Shown piece by piece: positions 9,369-18,391 of a stretch of 32,000 nt of DNA. This stretch comes from Erysipelothrix larvae (GTDB lineage: Bacteria; Bacillota_I; Bacilli_A; Erysipelotrichales; Erysipelotrichaceae): NCBI RefSeq assembly GCF_001545095.1, contig NZ_CP013213.1:1050001-1082000 (forward strand). Direction: 5' to 3'. The notes under the pieces are model-generated. The model was not told where the DNA came from, did not search any database, and saw only the letters and a list, made by a program, of their open reading frames with translations. Both the position numbers and the translations under genes were made by a program. Numbering within the stretch: the first letter of the stretch is position 1; each line of letters opens with the position of its first letter.

Positions 9369-9698
9369 ATGAGTGATTATTTAGTAATTCAAGGTGTGGA
9401 TACTGGACTTGGAAGTGTTAAGGTATCAAACACAGTCGTAGATTCTATTGTTCGTCAAGTAATTGATGAAAGTACTTCCGTTTTTTTAGATGAAACACGT
9501 ACAATTAAAGCAGCACCAATCTTAAATATTGCTGAAGATGCACTGCAAATTGTGCTTAAAGTTAGAGTTAAATACGGTGAAGATGTTGAACATTCATGTA
9601 CCGACTTACAAAAGAATTTGACAGAAGCATTAGAATTGATGCTTGATTATCGAAATCCAGATATCATTATTAATGTAGTAGGATTTAGATTTAGTTAG
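9369..9698 (+). CDS. yqhY: Asp23/Gls24 (alkaline shock protein, DUF322) family protein
   Basis: About 109 aa with an Asp23-family N-terminal pattern (G.V.VS..VV..I....) and the expected length. It lies directly upstream of nusB, like yqhY in B. subtilis. The ATG at 9369 follows AAGAAGGTG, and a GTG at 9360 is an alternative start. Confidence 0.75.
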   Translation: MSDYLVIQGVDTGLGSVKVSNTVVDSIVRQVIDESTSVFLDETRTIKAAPILNIAEDALQIVLKVRVKYGEDVEHSCTDLQKNLTEALELMLDYRNPDIIINVVGFRFS

Positions 9699-9720
9699 AA
9701 GCAGATATCTGCTTCTTTTA
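9697..9720 (+). terminator. perfect palindromic hairpin between asp23 and nusB
   Basis: AGAAGCAGAT/ATCTGCTTCT (9697-9716) is a 20-nt perfect palindrome followed by TTTA. It starts at the asp23 stop codon and ends 18 nt before the nusB start. Confidence 0.5.
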
Positions 9721-9734
9721 ATGTGGAGGAATGA

Positions 9735-10505
9735 ATGAAAAGACACGAACAACGACAACATGCACTAGCACTGATATATATGCACTTATTACGTGATGAA
9801 TCCTTTGATTCTTTGGTTGAATCTGTAAGTGATGTAGCAAAACTTGATAAGTTGATGATATTAGTAGAAGATGGGGAAGGGAATGCTATCCCTAATGTTA
9901 ATATCAAGCTGAATTCAAAAAATACAAGCACACTGTATAAAGCAAAATCAAATAAAGATGGTGTCGCTTCTTTTAACAAAGTATTAAAGGGGTCATACTT
10001 CTTATCACTTGCTGAAAGTGATCGTGAAATTTCATTGAATCAACCACTTTTCGGTGTTGAAAATGCAGTGGTACAACCTGTAGATAAAGATGATGAAGTA
10101 CAACCTATTAAACGAAAAGCAATCAGACATAAGATTAATCAATTGAAATGGGAACCCATCATTGTTGATATGCCATCCTTACTTAACGATGATGTGATGA
10201 TTCATATCACAGTGGATACGTTTATCCCATATCTTGAATTAAATGATGATTTTATGAATGTATTATATCGAATTGAAGAACGCTTCGAAATTTACCGTGC
10301 GGTTATTGATGATACGCTCAAGAAAACATGGAAATTTGAAAGACTGGGTCTAATCGAACAATCCATCCTTCTCTTAGCTTGCGCTGAACTAGAGTTTGGT
10401 GATGTTCCAAAAACCATTGTTGTGAATGAAGCGGTTGAATTAGCAAAAGAGTTCTCAGATGAGGAATCATATAAACTCATTAATGGAGTGTTAGATACAT
10501 TATGA
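9735..10505 (+). CDS. nusB: transcription antitermination factor NusB carrying a ~135-aa inserted domain
   Basis: The N-terminus (MKRHEQRQHALALIYMHLL) and the C-terminal ~85 aa (...WKFERLGLIEQSILLLACAELEFGDVPKTIVVNEAVELAKEFSDEESYKLINGVLDTL) match the NusB helices. The RBS GGAGGA lies 4 nt upstream of the start. The total length is 256 aa against about 130-140 aa normally. Confidence 0.85.
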   Translation: MKRHEQRQHALALIYMHLLRDESFDSLVESVSDVAKLDKLMILVEDGEGNAIPNVNIKLNSKNTSTLYKAKSNKDGVASFNKVLKGSYFLSLAESDREISLNQPLFGVENAVVQPVDKDDEVQPIKRKAIRHKINQLKWEPIIVDMPSLLNDDVMIHITVDTFIPYLELNDDFMNVLYRIEERFEIYRAVIDDTLKKTWKFERLGLIEQSILLLACAELEFGDVPKTIVVNEAVELAKEFSDEESYKLINGVLDTL

Positions 10506-11899
10506 TGAATAATCCAGTGTCAGTCAGTGAATTTTTATCAGTCGTAAAGGGAATCGTCTCAGACATTCCCTTATTTCAAAATGTCATATTAGTAGGCGAG
10601 TTGTCAAATTTCAAAGCGCATTCTAGTGGACATTTTTATTTTTCACTGAAGGACGATAAAGCGCGTATCTCTGCAGTAATGTTTCGATCCCAGGCACAGT
10701 CTGTATTATTTAAACCAAAAGATGGCGATAAAGTCATCATTCAAGGGCGCTTTGATGTTTATCCGCAAACTGGACAAATGCAAGTTTATGTTTCCAAGAT
10801 GAACTTGGATGGATTGGGTGATCTCTACATCCAATATGAAGCGCTCAAAAAAGAACTCGAAGAAAAAGGATATTTCCAGAGTTCACATAAAAAGAGTCTT
10901 CCACCATACCCACAAAGAATTGGTGTTATCTGTGGAGCGGGGAGTGCAGCTCATGCAGATATTACACGAACATTAAGAAGCCGATGGCCCTTAGCAGAAC
11001 AAGTCGATTTATTCTCCCTTGTTCAAGGGGATGGTGCAACCCAAGATCTTGTGACAAAGATTGAATTTGCAGATGAGATGGGACTAGATGTTATTATCTT
11101 AGCTCGAGGCGGCGGAAGTATCGAAGATTTGTGGGCTTTTAACACAATTCCAGTGATTATGGCTGTATACAATTGCAAAACACCAATTGTTACTGGAATT
11201 GGCCATGAAAGCGACACTACTTTGTCAGACTATGTAGCGGATTATCGAGCAGCTACTCCAACTGGAGCTGCTCATGAAGTGACACCTGATACACAAGAAA
11301 TACGGATTACTTTGAAGAAGGTTGATCGTGCAAATATCATGAGTATAAGTCGTTCGATTGTAGCACTTTCTCACTCATTTGATACAATTAAGAACAAACC
11401 TTACTATCAAGATTATAAAACGTTGTTTAATTACCGGTGGATGGATTTGGATCGCGTCAACTATAGTTTGAATCAACACTATCAGCAATTTCAACGGCAT
11501 ACGCAGATGTTGAAACGAACCGTCGATACCATGGGTTATAACCTACAACATACATTTCAAAAACAAAATATGGCATTAGATAAAACCGTCAATCAATTTC
11601 ACATGAATATTGACTTTAAATTATCTACCGCAAGACGCGATACGATTCAATCAAATGAAGACTTAATCAGGGGAATGAGTGGGTTTGTAACCTTGAAAAA
11701 AAAGGCATTTAGTGATATTCTTAAGACATTGAGTTACCTTTCTCCACTGAATGTTATGATCCGTGGATACAGTGTATCTTCACATGGTGAAAATGTAATT
11801 AAGTCAATTGATGATATTGATATCAATGATGAAATGAATACACGCGTGCAAGATGGAATTCTTATAAGTAAAATTGTCAGAAAGGAACTAAAACAATGA
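10502..11899 (+). CDS. xseA: exodeoxyribonuclease VII large subunit
   Basis: An N-terminal OB-fold region and the catalytic-region motif ARGGGSIEDLWAFN are present. The start forms an ATGA overlap with the nusB stop. Confidence 0.92.
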   Translation: MMNNPVSVSEFLSVVKGIVSDIPLFQNVILVGELSNFKAHSSGHFYFSLKDDKARISAVMFRSQAQSVLFKPKDGDKVIIQGRFDVYPQTGQMQVYVSKMNLDGLGDLYIQYEALKKELEEKGYFQSSHKKSLPPYPQRIGVICGAGSAAHADITRTLRSRWPLAEQVDLFSLVQGDGATQDLVTKIEFADEMGLDVIILARGGGSIEDLWAFNTIPVIMAVYNCKTPIVTGIGHESDTTLSDYVADYRAATPTGAAHEVTPDTQEIRITLKKVDRANIMSISRSIVALSHSFDTIKNKPYYQDYKTLFNYRWMDLDRVNYSLNQHYQQFQRHTQMLKRTVDTMGYNLQHTFQKQNMALDKTVNQFHMNIDFKLSTARRDTIQSNEDLIRGMSGFVTLKKKAFSDILKTLSYLSPLNVMIRGYSVSSHGENVIKSIDDIDINDEMNTRVQDGILISKIVRKELKQ

Positions 11900-12099
11900 C
11901 TGAATTTAACTTTGAAAAAGCGATGAAACGATTAACAGAAATCTCTGAATTATTAGAAAGTGATACTTTACCGCTTGATGAATCGATCAAGTTGTTCGAA
12001 GAAGGACTTGAGTTATCAAAGCAGTGTCAAGATAAATTGACACAATATGAAACGAAGGTAAAGGATTTGGTAGATAAGCATAATGAATCTGTCTCATAA
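11896..12099 (+). CDS. xseB: exodeoxyribonuclease VII small subunit
   Basis: 67-aa helical protein (FE.A...L..I...LE...L.L.ES..L...G) whose start forms an ATGA overlap with xseA. Confidence 0.9.
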   Translation: MTEFNFEKAMKRLTEISELLESDTLPLDESIKLFEEGLELSKQCQDKLTQYETKVKDLVDKHNESVS

Positions 12100-12922
12100 A
12101 ATTACTGCTATAAATATACATCTTGAACAATCGGTGGATTCACTGGAAGATTCAAAGGTTAAAGAAGCTTTAAAATACTCACTTTTAAGTGGTGGTAAAC
12201 GATTGCGTCCTGTTATGCTCTTATCGTTACTTGAAGACTTAGGCGTAAATATGTCTATAGGGATGGATGCTGCATGTGCACTTGAGTGCATCCATGCGTA
12301 TTCTTTAGTGCATGATGATCTTCCTGCGCTTGATAATGATGATTTAAGAAGAGGGAAACCTACAAACCATAAGGTTTATGGTGAAGATTTTGCAATCCTA
12401 GCAGGGGATGCTTTATTAACGTTTGCATTTCAACTTGTATCTGATTGTGATAACGCAAAAGATTGCGTTGGGATTCTAGCAAAACAAGCTGGATCAAATG
12501 GGATGATATTAGGTCAAGAGCTTGATATTCTTGATGATATTCACACACTTGAAGAATTACTGAAATGTTATGAACTTAAAACAGGATGCTTATTTAATGC
12601 GTCACTTGAAATGGCTGTTGTCTTAGCACAACGCAATGATCTAAGACCTTTCGCTTCTAAGTTAGGTAGAAACTTAGGCATTGCCTTTCAAATCCAAGAT
12701 GATTTATTGGAAGTTACACAAAGCAGTGAGATTATTGGTAAATCAGTTCAAAGTGATTTAATCCGCAACAAAAAGACAATTCTCTCATTTATGTCACTTG
12801 ACAAAGCACAACTCTATTTAGATGACTTATTCAAGACAATCTTTGATTTGATGCATGACAATCATCTCAGCAATCAAAGTTTGTATGAACTCGTTAAAAC
12901 AATCGATAAACGAATTATGTAG
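12083..12922 (+). CDS. ispA: (2E,6E)-farnesyl diphosphate synthase / polyprenyl synthetase
   Basis: The first Asp-rich motif (LVHDDLPALDNDDLRRGKPT) and the second Asp-rich motif (FQIQDDLLE) are both present. The position after xseB is conserved. Confidence 0.9.
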   Translation: MNLSHKITAINIHLEQSVDSLEDSKVKEALKYSLLSGGKRLRPVMLLSLLEDLGVNMSIGMDAACALECIHAYSLVHDDLPALDNDDLRRGKPTNHKVYGEDFAILAGDALLTFAFQLVSDCDNAKDCVGILAKQAGSNGMILGQELDILDDIHTLEELLKCYELKTGCLFNASLEMAVVLAQRNDLRPFASKLGRNLGIAFQIQDDLLEVTQSSEIIGKSVQSDLIRNKKTILSFMSLDKAQLYLDDLFKTIFDLMHDNHLSNQSLYELVKTIDKRIM

Positions 12923-12930
12923 GAGGGAAC

Positions 12931-14652
12931 ATGAACAAACTGCCAGCATTTGACTTGAAAACAATGAATATTGCTCAGCTTGAGGATACGGCGTCTTTAA
13001 TATCCGACTACTTAGTGAACAAGACGCATTTTAGTGTTGAATCGCTTACTCGATCCCTGATGGTGATGGAAGTAACGATGGCACTTCACCATGTTTTTGA
13101 TGTCAAAAAAAGTCAGATTGTGTTTGATAATCTAGAAGAAAGTATCGTCCATCGCTTCTTAATGGGAGGGTATGATGATTTAACTGATTTCGAGTATAAA
13201 CATGATTTTTATCAATCCTCGCAACCGGGCTATGGCTTAGGTGTTGGTTGTGGTTTAGCCTTGGAATCTGATGGACAAATCATTGTGGTAATCGATGATT
13301 ATGCCCTTAACTATGGAACGACATTTGAATCATTGCTCCAAATCGCAACGTACAATCCAGACATGATTATCGTTGTGATTGATGAACAAAACTCTTTACT
13401 TCGCCATTATAGTTCTGTAGATTCAATTATTAAATCAGTAAGAATTAGTAAAACGTATACAACCCTTAAAAAAGATGTGAAAATGCTATTGTCCAATCCA
13501 GTTGGGAAACCTTTACTTGGAACTATGACAAAAGTTCGTGATGGTTTAAAAGAACGTATCATTGAACCAACCATTTTTTCTCAATTTGGTCTTGAATACA
13601 AAGGACCGTTGAATGGGTCAAACCTTAAGGAATGTATTCGTGCTTTTCAGGTTGCGAAAACACTCAAAGGACCCCAAATATTCCATGTCAAGACGCGCCT
13701 TCGCCGGTCTTTCCAATCAACTGTTCAATTTCCAAAATTTAAAACAGATCATAGTGTGCCAGAGGGGTATAAAAACTATCTCGAACATATCGATAATCTA
13801 TTATCAGAACGTGACGACATCATCGTATTTAATGACGTGATACGTCATCAAGATCATTTAGTTGACTTTGCGATTAAGTATCCAGATCACTATATCATCA
13901 GCAGTGGGAGTCACAATTCATTAATAGATATGATGAAGGGTTACTCTATGAAGGGAAACAAGTGTGTGCTTGTGATGAATTCTTCTGATTATAAATACTG
14001 TGCACCACATATTGAAGAACAGTTTAGAGAAAGCGATGATATCACCATCATCTTGCGTGATGCAGGACTCGCACCACGTCCTGGACGCGTAAATCAAGGT
14101 GTTTTTGATTTGACCTATTCACAAATCTTTACCAACCATATTTATATGGGGAAAGATATTGATGAAACAACAACTTTATTGCCTCAGATTTTAGATATTA
14201 CACAAGGGGTACGTATCCTAAGAATTCCAACTGGTCTAACTGGGTATCGTGGTCACAATGATCCTGTGGGATTATCATCATGGACCATACTAAATAAAGA
14301 AGAAGTCACAGAGCCTGTCGGTGTGATTTTTACCTATGGTCCAAGTGTTAATCAAATTCTCAATAAGATCCGTGTTAATAACTATCGTGTTTGGGTAGTA
14401 AACTGTACCTGTCCTTTAATTGGCGATGAAGATGTTTTGTCGGAAGTATCAAAACATAACATTCCAAGTGTCGTTTATGACTTAGAAGATATCTCAGCTT
14501 CTTTATTTATAATTGTTTCTAACTATTTAGGGATGTCAAAGTCTTCAAATCTTTCGTTGCATGGCACAAACCTAAACCTTGGATCAAAAGATTTGAAAAA
14601 CGTGTATCACTTAAATATTGAACATGCTCTTTCGATAATAATTGATAAGTAG
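12931..14652 (+). CDS. 1-deoxy-D-xylulose-5-phosphate synthase homologue with degenerate cofactor/catalytic motifs
   Basis: The protein is collinear with DXS along its length. For example, IIVVIDDYALNYGTTFESLLQIATYNPDMIIVVIDEQNS aligns to the canonical I.GDGAL..GMA.EALN..G....DM.VILNDNEMS, and FGLEYKGPLNGSNLKECI..FQ.AKTLKGPQIFHVKT aligns to LGF.Y.GP.DGH....L....AK...GP.L.HV.T. It occupies the dxs slot between ispA and recN. The GDG, NDN, GHQ and IAEQH motifs are all substituted. Confidence 0.8.
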   Translation: MNKLPAFDLKTMNIAQLEDTASLISDYLVNKTHFSVESLTRSLMVMEVTMALHHVFDVKKSQIVFDNLEESIVHRFLMGGYDDLTDFEYKHDFYQSSQPGYGLGVGCGLALESDGQIIVVIDDYALNYGTTFESLLQIATYNPDMIIVVIDEQNSLLRHYSSVDSIIKSVRISKTYTTLKKDVKMLLSNPVGKPLLGTMTKVRDGLKERIIEPTIFSQFGLEYKGPLNGSNLKECIRAFQVAKTLKGPQIFHVKTRLRRSFQSTVQFPKFKTDHSVPEGYKNYLEHIDNLLSERDDIIVFNDVIRHQDHLVDFAIKYPDHYIISSGSHNSLIDMMKGYSMKGNKCVLVMNSSDYKYCAPHIEEQFRESDDITIILRDAGLAPRPGRVNQGVFDLTYSQIFTNHIYMGKDIDETTTLLPQILDITQGVRILRIPTGLTGYRGHNDPVGLSSWTILNKEEVTEPVGVIFTYGPSVNQILNKIRVNNYRVWVVNCTCPLIGDEDVLSEVSKHNIPSVVYDLEDISASLFIIVSNYLGMSKSSNLSLHGTNLNLGSKDLKNVYHLNIEHALSIIIDK

Positions 14653-14659
14653 GTGACGT

Positions 14660-16297
14660 ATGTTAGTAAATTTATATATCAAGAATTATATTTTGATTCA
14701 AGAATTATCTGTTTCACTTTCAGATCGTTTTAATGTCTTTACTGGAGAAACAGGTGCAGGAAAATCTCTTGTCGTTGATGCGCTTAATTTTGTAACCGGT
14801 GAACGAAGCAAAAGTTCGGTAGTTGGGAAACACGGAAACCGAGCACTTGTTGAGGCATCGTTTTCAGTGAGTCCAACATCATCTTTTTATAAAGAACTCG
14901 AATTATTGGGATACATTGAATCCGAAGATGATTTAGTGATTGTTTCACGCGAAATTTCAAAAGATGGACGGAATGTATGTCGAATCAACGGAAGAACGGT
15001 TAATGTTTCAACAATGAAAGATGTCTTATCAAAGACACTGGATATTCATTCACAACATGAAACACAATATCTCCTCAATACAACACACCAACTCAAACTC
15101 CTCGATATGTATCTTAACGATTCAAAATACCTCCAACACTATCAAGAAACTTTTCACAAATATAAGCAAATTGTTGATGAGATTCACCGACTTAAAACCA
15201 CGACATTATCTGGTTATGAGCTTGAATTCGCGAAAACACAACTCAATGAAATTGAAGCATTTAAGCCGTCAAGTGATGAGTATGAAGCGATTCGGCTTGA
15301 AATCAAACAACTCGATGATTATGAAAAGAATAAATCCTTGCTAAATGACATTGAATCCACACTAACGGGTTCTAAAGATGTTTTAGGATCACTTTTCAGT
15401 ATTAAAGATCATTTTAATATGCTTTCTGATTTAAAAGAAGGGTTTGATGATGTCTATTATCGTTTAGAAGACATATCCTATCAAGTATCAAAAATAAATA
15501 GTGAAACATCCTTCGACGCAATTGTCTATGAAAAACTACAAGATAGACTGTATAAATATAACCAAATGATTCGTAAATATCTTTCTCTTGAAGGATTGTT
15601 TGAGAAAAAGAAAGAACTAGAAACTATGATCCATGCTGTGGAACATCATGATCAGTTAATGGAAGATTTAGACATAGAATTGAAGAAGGTAGAAGATTTA
15701 TTAGCTCAAGATGCGCGTTTACTTAGAAACGCACGTGTTGATGCATCAAAACGTCTAATCCAAGAGGTTGTTGGCCAATGTCGCGACTTAATGCTTGAGA
15801 ATGTTCGATTTGATATTTCTTTTGATGATATCGACTATTCTGAATCGGGAAAAGACCGAATTGTCTTTATGGTTAGTATGAATAAGGGAGAAGCACTCCA
15901 ACCGCTTGCTAGTGCTGCTAGCGGCGGAGAACTTTCACGTGTGATGCTTGCAATGAAAGTCATCTTCAGTAAACTTCAAGGAATAACAACACTTGTATTT
16001 GATGAAATTGATACTGGAGTCAGTGGCAAAGTATCCCTTAAGATTGGTGAGAAAATGAAAACAATCTCAAAAGATACTCAAGTGCTGACAATTACACACT
16101 ATGGAACTGTTGCTGCATGTGCACATAATCATTACCTCATTGAGAAATCTGAAGATCATGACCATACCATCACTTCTGTGAAACGACTTAAGACCAAAGA
16201 ACGGGTACACGAACTTGCTTTGATGATGTCTGGAAATGAAGAAGAAGCCTCACTATTGGCTGCAAGTCAGCTTTTTGAACAAGGACAAAGTTTATGA
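14660..16297 (+). CDS. recN: DNA repair protein RecN
   Basis: The Walker A motif GETGAGKS, a long coiled-coil middle region, the SMC-type signature SGGELSR and the Walker B motif LVFDEIDTG are all present. Confidence 0.93.
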   Translation: MLVNLYIKNYILIQELSVSLSDRFNVFTGETGAGKSLVVDALNFVTGERSKSSVVGKHGNRALVEASFSVSPTSSFYKELELLGYIESEDDLVIVSREISKDGRNVCRINGRTVNVSTMKDVLSKTLDIHSQHETQYLLNTTHQLKLLDMYLNDSKYLQHYQETFHKYKQIVDEIHRLKTTTLSGYELEFAKTQLNEIEAFKPSSDEYEAIRLEIKQLDDYEKNKSLLNDIESTLTGSKDVLGSLFSIKDHFNMLSDLKEGFDDVYYRLEDISYQVSKINSETSFDAIVYEKLQDRLYKYNQMIRKYLSLEGLFEKKKELETMIHAVEHHDQLMEDLDIELKKVEDLLAQDARLLRNARVDASKRLIQEVVGQCRDLMLENVRFDISFDDIDYSESGKDRIVFMVSMNKGEALQPLASAASGGELSRVMLAMKVIFSKLQGITTLVFDEIDTGVSGKVSLKIGEKMKTISKDTQVLTITHYGTVAACAHNHYLIEKSEDHDHTITSVKRLKTKERVHELALMMSGNEEEASLLAASQLFEQGQSL

Positions 16298-17472
16298 GCC
16301 ACCATGCAAAAGTAATTTTCCACATTGATATTAACGCCTTTTTTGCCAGTGCCCATCTGATTTTGGATCCTTCTTTACAAGGGAAACCAGTAGTGGTCGC
16401 GCGTGATGCAACAGGGTCAGTTATTACGACCGCTTCTTATGAAGCACGTGAATATGGAATTAACAGTGCAATGCCCTTAAGTAGAGCAAAACAACTCTGT
16501 AAAGACCTTGTGATTGTTGAAATGGATTTTGGTTGGTATCAAGAACTCTCCGAACAATTTATGGAAATCGTGAGCACATTTGGTTCATCCATTCAACCGA
16601 TGAGTATCGATGAATGTTATTTAGATGTAACCGAATCAATCAAACGATACAAACGACCTTTAGATCTAGCGGTTACGATTCAAAAAACAGTACACGAGAA
16701 ACTCAAACTACCTGTGAGTATTGGGGTTGGACCCAATAAGTTTTTAGCAAAAATGGCCAGTGATATGAAAAAACCCATGGGAATTACAGTACTGAGAAAA
16801 CGGGAAGTGGATACCATGTTGTGGCCACTACCAATCGAAGATATGTATGGCATAGGAAAGAAAACTGTTCCTAAACTTAAAGCACAAGGCATTGTGACCA
16901 TTGGAGATCTCGCACATGCAAATCCTGATTCAATTCGAAACATTCTAGGAATCAATACTGAAAACTATATCGATCGAGCAAATGGGAATGCAAGCAGTCA
17001 AATTGAAGAATCTTCCGTCGCGAAATCGGTGGGTCAATCAAAAACTTTAATTCCAGCAATCCATGACTTTGACGAATTGAAGACTGCAATTCTTCATGAA
17101 GTTGTACAAGTAGAACGACGCTTAAAGAAAACAGGTATGGTAGGGAAAACGGTTCAATTTTCATTAAGACTTGAAAACTACAAAACTGCAAGTCGATCGG
17201 TTACGTTAGACCGCTATATTGATTCGAAAAACGATATTTTCGAAAATGCTCTCATGCTTTATGATGAATTTGAAGGTGAGGGGGCAGTGACGTTTATTTC
17301 AGTTGCGCTTTCCAATCTTCTTCCACGCGAAGATGTCGTCTCGCAAATTAATCTATTTGATGTAACACGCAATCTTAAAACGGATGAACTGATTGGCAAA
17401 TTAAATAACGCTCTTAAAACAGATGTCTTTAAGAAAGCAAGTGATGTTCGTGCTTCCGGTAAGAAATTATGA
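16294..17472 (+). CDS. dinB: Y-family DNA polymerase IV
   Basis: The motifs HIDINAFFAS and SIDECYLDVT carry the catalytic acidic residues. The clamp-binding-like motif QINLF lies near the C-terminus. The start forms an ATGA overlap with the recN stop. Confidence 0.92.
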   Translation: MSHHAKVIFHIDINAFFASAHLILDPSLQGKPVVVARDATGSVITTASYEAREYGINSAMPLSRAKQLCKDLVIVEMDFGWYQELSEQFMEIVSTFGSSIQPMSIDECYLDVTESIKRYKRPLDLAVTIQKTVHEKLKLPVSIGVGPNKFLAKMASDMKKPMGITVLRKREVDTMLWPLPIEDMYGIGKKTVPKLKAQGIVTIGDLAHANPDSIRNILGINTENYIDRANGNASSQIEESSVAKSVGQSKTLIPAIHDFDELKTAILHEVVQVERRLKKTGMVGKTVQFSLRLENYKTASRSVTLDRYIDSKNDIFENALMLYDEFEGEGAVTFISVALSNLLPREDVVSQINLFDVTRNLKTDELIGKLNNALKTDVFKKASDVRASGKKL

Positions 17473-18389
17473 TTGCCCTTGATAAACATTATCAGGATTT
17501 TATCTATCACATTCAGTTTGTAGAACCTTTAAGTAAAAACACAGTAGAAAACTATCGTCGTGATGTTGAAGAATACATTCGCTTTTTAAAACGTCAGAAA
17601 ATCGAAGACATAGATCAAGTTACGCATGCGCTGTTGATCGAATATTTCTCAGATATGACACACACCCTTCAACCTGCGTCAATCAGTCGAAAACGGGTAT
17701 CTGTGCGTCAGTTTCACCGATATTTACACCGCTTTGGCAGGGCTCAATTCAATCCAACAACGCTACTATCAAGTCATAAAGAAGCGCAAAGGATTCCCAA
17801 AGCAGTTTCAATTGATTCTGTTCGTACGTTAGTATCGTTTGAAAAAGAATTGCCCAAAGATTTCTTGGATTTTGCAATTATTCTTTTACTCTTTCGATGT
17901 GGACTTCGTGTGAGTGAATGTGTTGATTTATCGTTCCAACAATACAACGAACACGAAGGATGGTTGCGGATCTTGGGAAAGGGAAATAAAGAACGCTTTG
18001 TTCCAATTTCAAAAGATGCCAATGATGCGCTTAAAGCTTACATAAAAACTACACGCCCCATCTGTATAAAAAAACAAAATGATGCATCGCGGCGATACAT
18101 ATTTTTTACATTGCGTGGAAACCGAATTACAAGACAATATGTCCACGAAATGCTACAATATAGGTGCAATGAAACGGGCGTTAATGAACATATCTCGGCG
18201 CATACGTTGCGCCATACATTCGCAACAACACTGCTTGATGCGGGTGTGGATCTTAGAATTATTCAAGAGTTACTTGGACATGAAGATATCCAAACAACTC
18301 AAATATATACCCATGTCAAACGTCAAACATTAAAGAATGAATATGAACGCTATATGTTTGGGGATTTTGACTTTGAAGGAGATGATTAA
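17469..18389 (+). CDS. xerD: tyrosine site-specific recombinase XerD
   Basis: The protein has an N-terminal SAM-like core-binding domain. The C-terminal catalytic residues are in [17 protein letters not shown] and [16 protein letters not shown] (R..HxxR..H..Y). It is adjacent to deoB, like B. subtilis ripX/xerD. The XerD versus XerC assignment rests on this synteny. Confidence 0.8.
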   Translation: MIALDKHYQDFIYHIQFVEPLSKNTVENYRRDVEEYIRFLKRQKIEDIDQVTHALLIEYFSDMTHTLQPASISRKRVSVRQFHRYLHRFGRAQFNPTTLLSSHKEAQRIPKAVSIDSVRTLVSFEKELPKDFLDFAIILLLFRCGLRVSECVDLSFQQYNEHEGWLRILGKGNKERFVPISKDANDALKAYIKTTRPICIKKQNDASRRYIFFTLRGNRITRQYVHEMLQYRCNETGVNEHISAHTLRHTFATTLLDAGVDLRIIQELLGHEDIQTTQIYTHVKRQTLKNEYERYMFGDFDFEGDD

Positions 18390-18391
18390 AA

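Noticed and set aside
11696-11703. An A8 homopolymer inside xseA, and other A/T runs such as T8 at 22636-22643, considered as possible phase-variation tracts.
   Set aside because: Such runs are expected by chance in an AT-rich genome. The reading frames are intact and the genes are housekeeping, so there is no support for contingency-locus behaviour.
12905-12935. I looked for additional dif-like matches (ATTATGTA-containing sequences, for example AATTATGTAGGAGG at the ispA/dxs-like junction) that could mark an IMEX or integrated element together with the 21273-21300 site.
   Set aside because: Only the 8-nt core is shared. The flanking arms and the 11-6-11 architecture are absent. No integrase, phage or plasmid genes lie between the sites.
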